64,000 nt of DNA from Octopus sinensis (GCF_006345805.1 NC_043002.1:53754001-53818000), one strand, 5' to 3'; shown: positions 1-14,061, counted from the first letter of the stretch. Translations and numbers: made by a program. The notes: a model not told the origin generated them from the letters alone.

Positions 1-2031
1 AGCTTATCAGGATTATTATACAAATTTAGCCAAGGGAAATAACTCTAATAAGCCAATGGTATGGATTAAGATAAATCAAGTGCCGATGTACTGAATAATG
101 TACACATAAAAAATACTCAAAAATATTTTAGTTTACCTTTTAGTTGAAGACAAAAATCAAGTTCATAGCAACAATCAATAGTGACATAAAATAAGAGATA
201 ATTTCCAGAAATTAATAATTAATTAAAAATAAATATAAGTAATTTGTCATGCTCAAGGGAAAATCTGGTCTTTAGTAGCAGAGATATTAACTGCAATGGG
301 TTGGCCTTAGCATCATTAGAGCTTCTTAATTGAGCATATATTTAGCATAAATCTGGTTAATTAGAAGATAGGAGTGCTTGCGTATAGAAAAATACTTTTC
401 AAGATTTCGACTTAGTAGTAATTTGCATAATATTGAACGCAAATAAAAGAAATACACTAAATATGCCAATACCATGATTTAAAACAAAGCAAATATACAA
501 TAATGGACTCGACAGGGATAATAGATTCAGATAGGTACCGTTCAAGCACTCTAGTATAATTTGAGTTCTGCCTAACCGCATCGAATAATATGGAATAACT
601 TGGGGCTATTTAAGGTAAACAATCCCAATGGCACAAAATGAACTTTGTATGACATTTTGTCATTTTTAATACACAGTCTTGTGATCAAGAGCAGTCCTAT
701 GTTCAAAATCAGCACAGTTGCTACCCACCTTCTCATCGTTTATTCAGCGAAAGTCAACGGGTTTTCAATGTGATTGAGAAATATAATTTCAATTTCCCTT
801 AAATTACACCCTAACAACATCATTAAATGTTATTTCATTGCAGAGGTTGATATGAAATATCCAGGAAAAAAAAATATATATATATAACTGATAAAATATA
901 ACTGCTTTTATGTTTATCCTTTTTATGCTTACATTTTTTAGAGTAGCTGATGGATTATTGGGCTCTAATATAGATACATTACTTTAATATAGATACGTTG
1001 CTTTAATATTGATTCATTGCTCTGCGCAACATGTACATAATTTGCAACTATGTTAAAGAAAAGACAAGCACGGCTTAGCATGATGCGACTCGAACTTGAT
1101 GATGTAAATAGCATCTAAACACCGGAGTATTTCGCGACTCAACAAGACAACACATGCTTGATAGAATTATTACAAACCTAATAGAAAGAGCAATCAAATC
1201 CCTTGTAATGATTAAATTCTTACTGGGCTGAAAGTTTGTAGTCCATTGTCATTATTTGGGGAACTAATGCTGCCATTCACTTTAGATCTAATTTGAATTA
1301 TTTCACGTATATATTTAATATCATTACAATAAATAAATAAACATCACGAATATAATTCTACGATTTTATCGAAATGAATAGACGCTAATAACAGGTAACG
1401 CTTATTGAAGAAACATAAATAACTGCATTATGTATCCATGTTGCATGTGATGAATAAAATATTGATTCATTTTATCAGTAAGAATTTTTAAGTTTCTTGG
1501 AATCTTCTTATATTCCTTTTGGTAATAATAAATATATAGCTAAATTCTATAAAACTCTATGGCATTTAATATGAAGTTATAATAGCATTGCCGAAAATAA
1601 TCAAACTTATATTTAGCATTTAAATAATTCAGAGAAATTGGAATAATGCACGTGGAAAATAAAAGATAAGTCACTGCTAAGATGTTTTATTCATGGAATT
1701 CTAAAGAGCTATAAATTAAAATTAAGCTGCGGAAAACACAAAAACAAAACCATGTTGCTCATTTATAAATATTTTGTATTGTTTATGTACAAAAGTGAAA
1801 GTATCTCGATAAAATTTTATTCTGGCCTTATCTATGAAGCATAACCTCCACGTATATGCTGATGAAGTATTGTATGGACACAGTGTATTTATTGGGATAG
1901 AAAAATTCTATTGTATACTGATTCAGAAAATCTCACCACATGAAAAACAAAATAAAATAAAACATTTGGTATTGTTAGCACATTTAATACAGAGAAATCT
2001 TACTAGAATTAATTTGTCTTGCAGTGAGAAG

Positions 2032-2799
2032 GAAAAAATGAATTTTTTGTAACTAAAAACTTTCAAACTTCATATACTGGTAGAATGTGTCATATAAAAC
2101 ATGTTTTACTCTTAGCGTTTTTGAGAAAAGTTTATATTTACGAAGTTATTTCGTGTTAAAGTTGTCGTATTTCGGTAATTACAACGAATCAATGACGTGT
2201 ATTCAACTGAATAAACTTACAGCTGTTGTTTATCAACAACAACTATCGGCGGTGCATATTTCGTTTGTCACTGTTAATTATGACATATTTCATCACAGTT
2301 ACGTTTGTATGAATAAACGAGTGTATCTGAAGCATGTTTACTTCATGGCACCACCATAATCGTTCGTGCATTTCTACTGATTTTAGTTTTTTTCCTGTTT
2401 TTCAGGTATTTTCGGAAAGACTTTTTGCCCCCGCCCCCTCCAATTTCTTCATTTTTCATTTTTTCAGTAACTCTAACCCTAAAACCCCAAACGCTAACCT
2501 TAAAACACCAACCCTAACCCTCAAAGCTTAAAGCTAAAACCAGTACAAACGCACGAACGATGTCATAAATAACAGTGACAAACAAAATATACATCGCCGA
2601 TACAACGGCAGTAAGTTTATTCTGCTGAATACACATCATTGATTGGTTGATATTACCAAAATAAGACAACTTTAACACGAAATAACTTCGTAAATATAAA
2701 CTTTTCTCAGAAACGCTAAGAGTAAATAAATGTTTTAAATGACACGTTCTACCAGTGTCCTAAGTTTGAAAGTGTTTAGTTACAAAAAATTAATTTCTC
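2032..2799. mobile_element. MITE / non-autonomous DNA transposon with ~250-bp imperfect terminal inverted repeats
   Basis: 2032-2290 (AATTTTTTGTAACTAAAAACTTTCAAACTT...GTCACTGTTAATTATGACA) is the reverse complement of 2561-2799 (TGTCATAAATAACAGTGAC...AAGTTTGAAAGTGTTTAGTTACAAAAAATT). The spacer holds CTAACCCTAA-like repeats. No coding capacity. Confidence 0.85.
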
Positions 2800-3326
2800 G
2801 ATCTGCCGTTCAAAGGGAAAAGATCCGAAAAAATATGTATGTGAATAACCAAATATTTTATTTGTACAGAGTATTAACTACACAAATAAGCGTAAAAGAT
2901 TTTACATTTGCCGAGTTATACGTATCACTACTACATTGAGTTATGCATATCATTACTACAGTTTGCTGACAAGTTCACAATAAGACATGAATTGTCTCTC
3001 GTAATAGCTGAAAAAAGTTGAAATGTAGAAAATATTCAGTAAGTGAGTTAATTTATCTTCAAACATTTCTATTTTCCTATACTGATAAAAATAAACTAAA
3101 TATAAACTATTTTTCCAATTATTCTTTCATCATTACATTTTAAAATACGTCAAGAACGTATTTTATGAGGGGCCTTGCTTAGTAAACTCTCATATGAACC
3201 AACAGTTACGAGAAATATTGAATTGCTATTGGTGTTTAATATAAATACACTATTGCGAATCTTTCGGGAAGGATGTTATGTTAATCAAATTAGCCCCATC
3301 TTCATTTTTATTATTTTTTTAATACT

Positions 3327-3460
3327 AAGGTGGTGCGCTGGCAGAGTCCTTAGCACCCCCTATGGAATTCCTCGCATTTCTACTAGCTTTACAATCTGAG
3401 TTCTTATTCCATTGAGGCCAAATTTGCTTTTCAACATTTTGAGGTCTTAGATAAGAACAC
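3327..3460 (+). mobile_element. Degenerate tRNA-derived SINE (family B)
   Basis: GGTGGTGCGCTGGCAGAGTCCTTAGCAC...CTGAGTTCTTATTCC...TTTGCTTTTCA aligns by eye with better copies at 35034-35245, 42230-42372 and 60381-60592. Confidence 0.6.
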
Positions 3461-3910
3461 TCTACATACATCCAGAAGAAGGCGGGCTTTGTTGATTTGG
3501 AAATATTTGGATGCCACATGTTGTGTCACTTGTTACAAGCAGTCGAAATGCATCCCTTGCGTGCTGAAAGCATTTCTTATTGTCAGTAACATAGAGTCTA
3601 AGGTACTTGAAGGTACATTGTTTTATCGACTCAAGTTGGATGAAAACAAGACTGTTATAAAAATACTTAAAATATGTTAGTCATTGTCTAATATTGATTT
3701 TGATAATCTATTTCTACTAATATGCTAACGCTCTATACTTTAAATATGTTTAAAATCAATTGAGTGTTATAGTTGGCATTTTGAAATACGACTGCGAATA
3801 TCATATGTATATGTGTGTGTGTATGTGTGTGTGTTGTGTGTATGTGTGTCTATGTGCGCGCATATGTGTATGTGTATGTATTCATGTATGTATGTATGTA
3901 TGTATGTATA

Positions 3911-4187
3911 AACATGTTTAAAGGATAAAATCATTAAAATTTATGAATTTTAACAGTGCCTAGCATATAAAAAAGCTTTTAAGGTAAAATACATATATAG
4001 AGATATATGTATAGGATGCAATTATACTCAAAGGCACGGGAGCTACCATGCATATATACTGAAAATAGACGTCAAATACTTCCAGCCACTTCATATCTTC
4101 ACTTCACATATATACAGGCTGAATGCGGGCAAGCAGACTGACTATAATTCATTAATTTTAATGATTTTTATCCTTTAATTATGTTTA
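3911..4187. mobile_element. Short fold-back element next to TA/TG microsatellite, related to the 18465-19950 family
   Basis: Arms AAAGGATAAAATCATTAAAATTTATGAATT (3920-3950) and AATTCATTAATTTTAATGATTTTTATCCTTT (4146-4176). Shares CAGTG..CTAGCATAT..AAAAAG and ATAGACGTCAAA with the 506-bp unit. Confidence 0.55.
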
Positions 4188-4259
4188 AAGGTAACACATT
4201 CACTTCGGGAAAGTTTATATACTTCTGTACTATCCTGACTAAATACACACTTGTGTGCG

Positions 4260-4292
<33 letters not shown>

Positions 4293-4789
4293 GCATTTGT
4301 ACTTATTTATGTTTGCCTATATATGTCTGTATATGCATGTAGTCATGTACCTACGTCTGTATGTTTATTGTACATAGTTATATTATTAATTGTTTGGTAT
4401 GTGTATGTATTGCTAAATGGATGTGTATTTTAGCGTGAAAATCTTTTCAACAGATACATCTTTTAATTTATTATTTTTACAACTAATTATTTACCCTGGG
4501 TATTCAGGCTTTTTTCCTTCTTCATAAGCTACATAAGGTTTTCTTCTATTCTTATACTAGTATGATTTTAAACTGCAGTTACTTTTTATTTCATACGAAC
4601 GGTTATTGAAAAGACCGTTAGTTGAAAGGCCCAATGAAACAAAGCCATTTTCAAATGTGTATCTATCAAACTAATTGTATTTCTGCATATAACTTTATTT
4701 TGCTGCATTCTAAACAAAACTGTCTGTCGAACGGGAACGTGAAACAGTTTTGTGATATTTTTGATGCTTTTTAATAAAGTATGTATATG

Positions 4790-4797
4790 TTTGTGTG

Positions 4798-4841
<44 letters not shown>

Positions 4842-5065
4842 GTGTGTGTGTGTGTTGTGTGTGTGTGTGTGTGTGTTGTGTGTGTGTGTGTGTTATGTGT
4901 ATGTGTGTGTGCGCGTAGGTGTAATATCACTTTGAGAATCACAAATTACAAACTCATGTAAATGAAAGCTTTCATCTACATCGCAGTGCTCAGGGAATTA
5001 AATGAAATTTACAATTTATACATACATACATACACTCATACATACGTTCATTCATACATACAAAC

Positions 5066-5126
<61 letters not shown>

Positions 5127-5132
5127 TGTGTG
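4790..5132. repeat. Two long (TG)n microsatellites
   Basis: Direct reading: 4790-4915 and 5067-5132. Confidence 0.95.
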
Positions 5133-5689
5133 CGTATCACATTTTATTCATTAAATCAATATAGAAATACCTAAATACAACAATTTAGTCAAGCTGTGTA
5201 AGATTCCTGACCTATACAGTGACGTAGAAATATACGAGGTGAAGTAACTGTGTTGTAACAACAACAAAGATTGGAGTCTCATCAATCATGTTGAAAACAA
5301 TCAATTTGTTCTCCGACAGATTTCAATAGAAAAAACATACATTGCGGTAAAAGTCTACATTGTATTTGTGTCAACAATTTTATTGACACTTTATTTTAAA
5401 AGACAAAGACTGATGGCTTCGGTTTAAAATTTCAGAAGGCGCCACGCAGCGTATATATTACCAAGTAAAACTCAGTACATGTAAAGTTATTTCAGTTTGA
5501 TTTAGTTTAGACGCGAATTTCTAGAATTACATAGTAAAAAGAAAACGAGTGGTGCCGACAGCAACAATCAGACTAAAGCATACATCAACATCAGTTTGGT
5601 GTGTCATAGTGAAAAAAAACATGTCGCAATGCGTATGTTTTATACAATGACAGGGCCTGAAATACCAATAATTTATACATGGCTATTCA

Positions 5690-5990
5690 TCTTCATGTAT
5701 ACATTGTTCGCATCGACAATCTTGCAGACTATTAAGTGTGTCTGATAAAGCAGAAAATGAAGAGCAATATTTGAGATGGCTGCCAAGTCCAGTCCTCCAG
5801 CTACAGCTATGGCTGCAATAGAAGTACGTAAAGACTTGGGCATCCTGTGCCGTCGTTGTCTTTGGAATTCCATTAAGAAGACAGAACTTTGTGTTTGATA
5901 CGTTTATTCATAGAATCCTAACGAAAATTTTGCTCTTCGCTTCTTAATACATGTGAAACTTGCAATTTCTATAGCCAAAGTGATGTGTAT
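5690..5990 (-). pseudogene. 3' end fragment of an RTE-clade LINE (C-terminal zinc-finger-like tail)
   Basis: Minus-strand translation ...AQDAQVFTYFYCSHSCSWRTGLGSHLKYC resembles the RTE C-terminal C-x2-C...C.SRIGL.SH...C motif. Confidence 0.55.
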
Positions 5991-6064
5991 TAGCAGCCAT
6001 ACGAACATACACGCTCATGTATACATACACACATAAAGAAAGAAAGAAAGAAAGATATATATAT

Positions 6065-6202
<138 letters not shown>

Positions 6203-6255
6203 TAGATAGGCATATGTCAGTCTCTCTCGAAAGACCATAGAAAAAATATATTTAC

Positions 6256-6404
6256 AGGTGTGGCTGGGTAGTAAGGCGCTTGGTCCTAACCACATGGTTG
6301 CGGGTTCAATCCCACAGCAGTGGCACCTTGGGCAATATCTTCTACTATAGCCTCGAGCCGACTAAGGCCTTGTGGGTGGATTTGGTAGATGAAAGAAGCC
6401 CATC

Positions 6405-6410
<6 letters not shown>
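6256..6410 (+). mobile_element. tRNA-derived SINE family A, 5' half (duplicated copy)
   Basis: A-box-like GTGGCTGGGTAGTAAG and B-box GGTTCAATCCC. Near-identical to 6658-6815. Confidence 0.8.
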
Positions 6411-6497
<87 letters not shown>

Positions 6498-6501
6498 ATA
6501 T

Positions 6502-6605
<104 letters not shown>

Positions 6606-6657
6606 TAGATAGGCATATGTCAGTCTCTCTCGAAAGACCATAGAAAAAATATATTTA

Positions 6658-6824
6658 CAGGTGTGGCTGGGTAGTAAGGCGCTTGGTTCCTAACCACATG
6701 GTTGCGGGTTCAATCCCACAGCAGTGGCACCTTGGGCAATATCTTCTACTATAGCCTCGAGCCGACTAAGGCCTTGTGGGTGGATTTGGTAGATGAAAGA
6801 AGCCCATCGTGTACATATATGTAT

Positions 6825-6859
<35 letters not shown>

Positions 6860-7085
6860 AACACATGCATATGTTTGTGTGTCTATGTTCGTCCCACCAG
6901 CATCACTTGACAACCGATGTTGGTTTTTTTTCCGTTCCCGTTATCTAGCGGTTCGTTATAAGAGACTGATATATTAAGTACTAGACTTACTAAGAATAAT
7001 TCCTTGGGTCGATTTGTTGACTAAAGGCGGTGATCCTGCATGTCCGCAATCACATAACTAAAACAAATAAAAGAATAAAAGAATA
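6658..7085 (+). mobile_element. tRNA-derived SINE family A, full length with internal (TA)n
   Basis: Pol III A/B boxes, internal microsatellite, 3' tail GGCGGTGATCCTGCATGTCCGCA...AAACAAATAAAAGAATAAAAGAA. Homologous to 30486-30930. Confidence 0.85.
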
Positions 7086-7644
7086 GAATAAATACTCAGT
7101 GCTTAGTATATATCCATATATCCATCTAACCATCGATTCCTTGAGGTATACATGACAAATTTCCAATTTTAATAAAGAGTTCCCTTGATTCAAGCTTCCT
7201 TATGGCAAGTACTAGACCGGTGTTTTAGTTTCCATTAGTAGATTCCTTGTTCTCTTCTGTCCAAATTAGTGCTTCTAATGGCTGAACACACACACATACA
7301 CACACATGCACAGACTCCCACACTTTCGTATATATAATATGCAATATACAATGCATATATATATAAGTATATATATATATATATTATATATATATATTAT
7401 ATATATATATATATATATAATATATATATATAGATATTATATATATATGTGTGTGTATATATAATATATATATATATGTATATAACATAAACAAAAAGGG
7501 TAATAACATAGGTTAGTATTACCAGTGGTAGAAAATGATTAGTCCGGGATATATCGTTAATGGTAAATGTTTTTGATTTTCACTCTCTCCATGAATTTAT
7601 CCCTCTTTGTGTCTCCAGCACTAAGCTTCCTTATTGGGAGCCTT

Positions 7645-7692
<48 letters not shown>

Positions 7693-7694
7693 TA

Positions 7695-8410
7695 TAATAT
7701 TCTTGTATTTGAAAGAAAAATTACATTGCTGAAGTGAGTTAAACATTCAAAAATATTTTGTAATATAATGTTCGCCAAATTCCATCGAGCGAATATACAA
7801 AAAAAAAATGTGGTCAGAAATTGTTAAAAAGTTTTCCTTTCCAAAAACCACATGACACAACTAAGGTTGAAAGAAAGATAAAAGAAAAACGTTTTATTAA
7901 AATGATAAAACCTGTTCTGAACGGAAATTACAGCAATAATATAACAACCAGTTAATGATGTGAATTAAAAAATACATTTAACATATGAATATAAAGAAAT
8001 TGCAGAAGACTCCCAGCATCTGAAATAAAAACGATGGAAACCAACTAAGTTTGCTCACTCAGAAAACCATTACATGTAAACTGCAAGCTAATTGGTTAAA
8101 ATAAAGGCGGGATCTAAGCCAGTGACATTTAAGTTGCATGCATTTTGGTCAAAACCGTATTCGAAAAATTCTAAGAGGTATAAACAAGAAGAAGTCAGTC
8201 ATTTTACAAGAGTTATCAAGAACTCAACTATCAGTTAAATACATTTTGAAATCTGATGATTACTACGAATGTATGAAAATACTAATTGAACTTTATGAAC
8301 ATTACAAAATATTTCTTAAATGCTTAACACACTTCAGCATTATAAAAAGGAAAATTTTAAATACAATAATAAAAAAATGAGAAAACCACGTTTTAAATTT
8401 ATTTAACTGG
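7695..8410 (+). mobile_element. 5'-truncated Penelope-like element: inverted pLTR piece + GIY-YIG C-terminus + 3' pLTR with decayed hammerhead
   Basis: 7809-7955 translates CGQKLLKSFPFQKPHDTTKVERKIKEKRFIKMIKPVLN...*, matching the FPF...R..KE..FI...KP.LN end of PLE GIY-YIG endonucleases. 7698-7773 is an inverted copy of 8298-8370. CTGATGA...GAAA lies at 8253-8279. Flanked by (TA)n and (TCTA)n. Confidence 0.65.
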
Positions 8411-8424
8411 TATATCTATATCTA

Positions 8425-8561
<137 letters not shown>

Positions 8562-8724
8562 CATCTATCCATCTATATGTCTATCTATCTATCTATCTAT
8601 CTATCTACTATCTATCTATCTATCATCTATTATTATATCATCTATCTATCTATCTATCTATCTCTCTCTCTCTCTCTCTCTCTCTAGATATATATATATA
8701 TATATATATAATATATAAGTATAT

Positions 8725-8985
8725 ATGGGTACAGGACTTCACCAACAGTAAAAACATGAAGAACGAAAAGAAGTGAGTTAGACATGCAAACAACGGGTGA
8801 AAATATGAAAAACAGGACGATACACATTTTTGTTGAATGCTCGAAATGAGTTGATAGATAGCCGATAACTGATGAAGGGTCGTTCTTTCTGTCCTGTTTT
8901 CCATTTTTCTCTCGTTGTTTTGCGTATTTAACTCATTTTTCTTATACTTCATGTTGTTCACTGTTGGTGACGTCTAGTACCCATA
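8725..8985. mobile_element. Fold-back pLTR-like element between (TA)n tracts
   Basis: GGGTACAGGACTTCACCAACAGT...AAAACAGGAC (8727-8818) is inverted as GTCCTGTTTT...ACTGTTGGTGACGTCTAGTACCC. The spacer has GAAA(8843) and CTGATGA(8869). Confidence 0.75.
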
Positions 8986-9029
8986 TATGCATATATATAT
9001 ATATATACACATTATTTATATCATTATTT

Positions 9030-9645
9030 AATTGAACACAACGCATCCAATTCCGAGCGAGGTTATCTACACCGTGTTGATGCGACTCTAATCTATACTG
9101 TTTTCTACCCATACTTCTAGAATTCCATTTTGTTCCTTTCACCGTTTTCTATCTTTCTCTCTTTCTCTTTCTCTTCGCCTCTTTCACTTTTTCTCTGTCG
9201 TTGCTCAAAAGTGACCATCGTCCATCTTTCTTTTCCTCACGTGAACCTCTTTCTTTCTCTCCACGACATCCTAAGCACTGGACGTCTTCTATTTTTCTCT
9301 GTTCTATCTTTTCTCTTTTTAAAGAAAATATTTCTCTCAGCGTTCGCTATTTCCCCTCATTCTGGTTTAACGACCCTCCATGTTTGTTTTCGTTCGGTTT
9401 CTTTGTATGACTCCACTGTCCTGTTTTCGCTCCCAAATTTGGCCCCCCGTAAATCCAAAATTTTATTTTGATATTTATGGGAGCAACTGTATCGAAATAA
9501 GGAGCAGATAGACAGCCGAAAACTGATGAAGGGTCGTTTTTTGTGTTACTTGCCCGGTTTTCGATTTTTATTTCGTCGTTTGCGTATTTAACTCATTTGT
9601 TTTCGCACATCATGTTGTCTACTGTTTCTGACGTTCTGTAGCCAT
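9030..9645 (+). mobile_element. Longer copy of the same pLTR-like family with CT-rich body
   Basis: 9300-9645 aligns with 35600-35970 and its 3' part with 8860-8985. Ends in (TA)n. Confidence 0.65.
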
Positions 9646-9668
9646 ATATGCACATATATATATGTATG

Positions 9669-9701
<33 letters not shown>

Positions 9702-10029
9702 TATATATATATGTATCAGGATTAAAATTATTATAATATAATAATAATAACAGCAGTGACCAGCTTGCTATTAAAAACCATAGAAGAAAAATTAATAAAG
9801 ATTTATAATTCTATACAAAATATATTCCCCTTGTAAATTACAGTGAATATGTGGTTTAGAATGTTTTTCTAGCATATTGGTACATTTACCAAGTATCCTT
9901 CATTATGATTATATACTTTATATATAATTATAAATCTATGTTAATTTTTGCCTCTTTATTTTTTACTTGCATGCTGGCCACTGATATTATTATTGTTATT
10001 TTATAATAATAATTTTATCTTTTTATATA

Positions 10030-10516
10030 TTAGGTCATCCCATAAATAATGCGCTTTTTTATACTTTTATTTTTCAAAAGTGGGATAAAGAAATTTATTT
10101 TTTAGCCTAAAATATGCTTTCCTTTATTTTCTACTATACTCTTCCATCTATCTAGTAGACTTGCAAGGCCCCTCTTCCGACTCAGAATTTCTGTAACCAC
10201 TGTTGACACTGGCTTACGTTTATTGTCTGATCTCAATATACTACATTAATATTCCTCGCACTTTCCGTTGCCTTGCTGCCTTTATTGAACTCATAAAGGA
10301 AAATATGCCGAATATGCTTCTTTGTCACTCCCATTAAAGCTATGAAAAAATAACTGTTAAAATCGAACTGCACTCTTCAAAATATGGACTAAGAATAATT
10401 ACACGGTACAATGACTACCTGCTTTTATAGCAAGTTGAAGCAGGTAGTTTATCCGGTCCTCCTCCGACTTTTAGTTCATGCAATTGGAAAACTCGTATTA
10501 TTTATAGGATGAACCA

Positions 10517-10517
<1 letters not shown>
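10030..10517 (-). mobile_element. Internally deleted mariner transposon
   Basis: TIRs TTAGGTCATCCCATAAATAATGCG / CGTATTATTTATAGGATGAACC with TA flanks. The minus strand encodes the transposase N-terminus MGVTKKHIRHIFLYEFNKGSKATESARNIN...QWLQKF fused to the C-terminal GLASLLDRWK. Confidence 0.85.
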
Positions 10518-10547
<30 letters not shown>

Positions 10548-10720
10548 GTATGTATATTTTATACATATTTTTATATACCTGTTTTATCACTTCGATCATT
10601 GTATATGGGCGGATTGATTGGCCTCGCGTATATGTGTGTGAATGTATGTTAGTTTCTGTATATCTATGTATATGTACATGTATGTATATATATATTCACG
10701 TATATGTACTAATTATGGTG

Positions 10721-10779
10721 AATCTCACTGAAGAGGGTTGAGTATTTACTACAGAGCCTGAAATCGCTTGATATAGGTT
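10721..10779 (+). ncRNA. Type I hammerhead ribozyme motif (slightly decayed) in a pLTR-like element (~10700-10975)
   Basis: AATCTCA-CTGAAGA-GGGTT..AGCCT-GAAA-TC(GCTT)GA-T-A-TAGGTT: helices I, II and III can be drawn and the core is intact. The downstream part is homologous to 9865-9955. Confidence 0.65.
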
Positions 10780-11624
10780 ATCTATTTATACGTTAAATGT
10801 GGTCAAAATTATTTTGCTCGTTTCTTTGCATTCCCATTGTGCAATAGAGTGAAATATGTAGTTTAGAGTTTTTTTACTTCTATTTCTAGCATGCTGGTAC
10901 TTTTTCCAAGTACCCTTCATTATGATTAAATATTTCATATATAATAATAAATCTCTGTCTCTCTTTGTCCCTGTATACACACACACACACACACACCACA
11001 CACACACAGATATATATATATATACATATATGCCGATGTGCTTTGTATATCTACATTGAGAATATACAATGGCCAAATAAATTTGTTTCCTTTCTGTTTC
11101 TATGTTTCTAATTATATCTTATTGCACGTATATAATACGAAAATAGACTATAGGTAAACTTATTTTCACTTGATAATGTTCAGCGACCTATAAGAAAACA
11201 AGACAAAACAATTCTCATTACAAAAGAAGCAGGGAACAAGAAAGTTCAAACAAACTTTCAAACAAGCAAAACGAAAAAAGAAAAAACCTTTTGACATACA
11301 AAAAATAATACGTGAAAGAAAACGAATGACAGACATCAATTGTAAGTCCATTTGAGAAGTGTACTATAGTTGGAGGAATCGGCAAGGAAAATTCTTTGAA
11401 ACAGAAATTTAATTATAGCTGTAGACACACGCAGAGGCAGAAACATTATTTCCTCGATGAGTGACATCAAGAGCGATATTGAGCTACAGGGATATTTACC
11501 CAAGAAATATATCTGAAAACTTCGGTACCGTATGATAACTGTCACTGAATGATACAATGCACTTTATTAGCTTGTCATTATACACAAATAATACATACAT
11601 ATATACATACACACACACACACAC

Positions 11625-11905
11625 CTCAACGGCAAACGCACGACCTAGGGTTGATTTTATGGAAGACCAGCAGTCGCCTAAGCATCCCCTCTCCACGCCA
11701 CCAATTTTATCCAAGAGGAAGGCAAAAGCCGACACAGCTTGGCACCAATAACTTCGCAACGCGACTCGTTTCTACAGCTGAGTGAACTGGACCAACAGGA
11801 AATAAAGTGTCTTGCTCAAGACTCAACACGCAGCCTGGTCTGGAAATCGAATTTCACAACCTCACGATCAATAGCTCCACGCTCTATCTACTGAGCCATG
11901 CACCT
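11625..11905 (-). mobile_element. tRNA-derived SINE family C
   Basis: Minus strand: tRNA-like head, CTTGAGCAAGACACTTTATTTC...CCAGTTCACTCAGCTG, then GGTGCCAAGCTGTGTCGGC tail. Homologous to 55600-55911. Confidence 0.8.
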
Positions 11906-11975
11906 TCACACACACACACACGTATACACGCACACACACACGCACACACAAACACAGACACATATATATTATATA

Positions 11976-12067
<92 letters not shown>

Positions 12068-12229
12068 GTATTTATGTATATATATCGTCATTGTATCATA
12101 TATCCAAGAGAAGCAACTCTAAAGCATATAGCAGTAATGTATTTATATACTGATAAGATAAATATGCGCCCGGCCATATAATGGACAATGGTTTCGCATC
12201 TATAAAGAGCTTAGTCCCATAGCCGACCC

Positions 12230-12262
<33 letters not shown>

Positions 12263-12882
12263 TGTGTGTTTATGTATATATAATTTTCCTCATACTTACA
12301 CACTGCTTAGCGCTGACACTTAGCTATTTACCTTGTTAGGGCGATTTACTAACGCGAATCCGTCAACGTGTTGACTGAAATATGTATAAAGCTGCAGATT
12401 TATTAACTTCGTTTACAGTTGCCTCTCTTAGGTACATCTCATGGATACAAGTCAATAAATTCGAAACATCTCAGACTCCAAATAGATGGTGACACTGAAC
12501 GGACCTTTTCACCATGAGGCAGATATATTCTCCACTGCAGCTGCAGTGTACATATATTTTGGCAGTTGACAAACATGTTTCAAATTACCTAATTCTGCTC
12601 AAATTTACGCACTGCTTAGCGTTGACACTTCGTTTTATATGTACATACACACATACACATATATCATATAAATATATACATATATAAACATACATGCGTG
12701 TGTATGTGTATATGTGTGTGTATTTTCTGTTATTCTGTTAGTCGTTTCCGTAACCGGTCCTCTGCTGTGATAATGTATTGTCAATCATATCGGTCTCAAT
12801 AGGTGCTTCCGACTGCTAATTGCTTTTATAGTTCATTTCTGATGAACTTCTACTCGAAAGATTATAAAATGTGTAAACATTT

Positions 12883-12915
<33 letters not shown>

Positions 12916-13034
12916 CCGAAATTGCGAGGATGATCTGGTTCCTGACTGAGGATAGAATGCTTCGAACGACCCGTCCTTGTTGTTTTGTAATCGTCTATCT
13001 GGATGTTTTGCGTTCTTGTCCCACGTGTATTTTG

Positions 13035-13109
<75 letters not shown>

Positions 13110-13406
13110 TATATAAATCGAAAATATAGAAATATAGATTGAACGTTTTAAATGAAATCAAGATGAAACCAGATCCAGATCAGTTTAATTTTTTTTCCCT
13201 ATAATACATAAATAAAATCTCAAAAAGATTTATACTAAAGCCTTTTCTTATATAAAGACCCATATGTTTATATAAATTATATAAGCCAGATTTAGCTTAT
13301 CAATACATGTACCAACATAACTCGAGTTGAAATATGATGCAAACATTTTTTTCTGTGAGAAAGTATCGCTACGTTTTTATTTTTCATACTTGTTTTAATT
13401 ACGATA

Positions 13407-13440
<34 letters not shown>

Positions 13441-13479
13441 GTGTGTGTGTGTGTGTGTGTGTCTGTATGTGTTTGTGTA

Positions 13480-13521
<42 letters not shown>

Positions 13522-14005
13522 TGTTTCTGTGTATGTATATATGTGGATGTGTATGTCTATTCATATACATGCACATACACACAAACACAAATATGTATAC
13601 ATATGCATATTTACTTATGTTTATACGTATGTGCATGTGCGTGTGTATTTACGTATATCTATCGCTCCTGAATGTTTCCACAACTTGTACTTTCCATTCA
13701 ATAATATACATATGGACGCATGCGCCTATGTGTGCCTTTGTGTGTATTTAGACAGGCTATTCCTCTGTCTTCACCAATTGTACGTTTCGTGGAGTCGGCA
13801 ATATCACTCGAATGAAATACACCTAACTGTGCTCACGTGAGTCTTGCATATAAATTATTTATTAAAATAAGGTGTGTAATTTATATTTACAAATATGTAA
13901 TTAAATTGGATAGCATAAATTATCGTCGTACTGTACGCCTGTACTCATATTTGTTTCAATCATCTGTTTGAAACGGTGCCTGCAATCACACACACATGCA
14001 CACAC

Positions 14006-14061
<56 letters not shown>

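Noticed and set aside
1858-1905. CTGATGA box
   Set aside because: No helix II or properly placed GAAA, so it is a chance match.
5673-5873. 66-aa ORF that looks protein-like (MEFQRQRRHRMPKSL...)
   Set aside because: An alternative frame of the same strand matches an RTE LINE tail better. No splice or codon evidence for a host exon.
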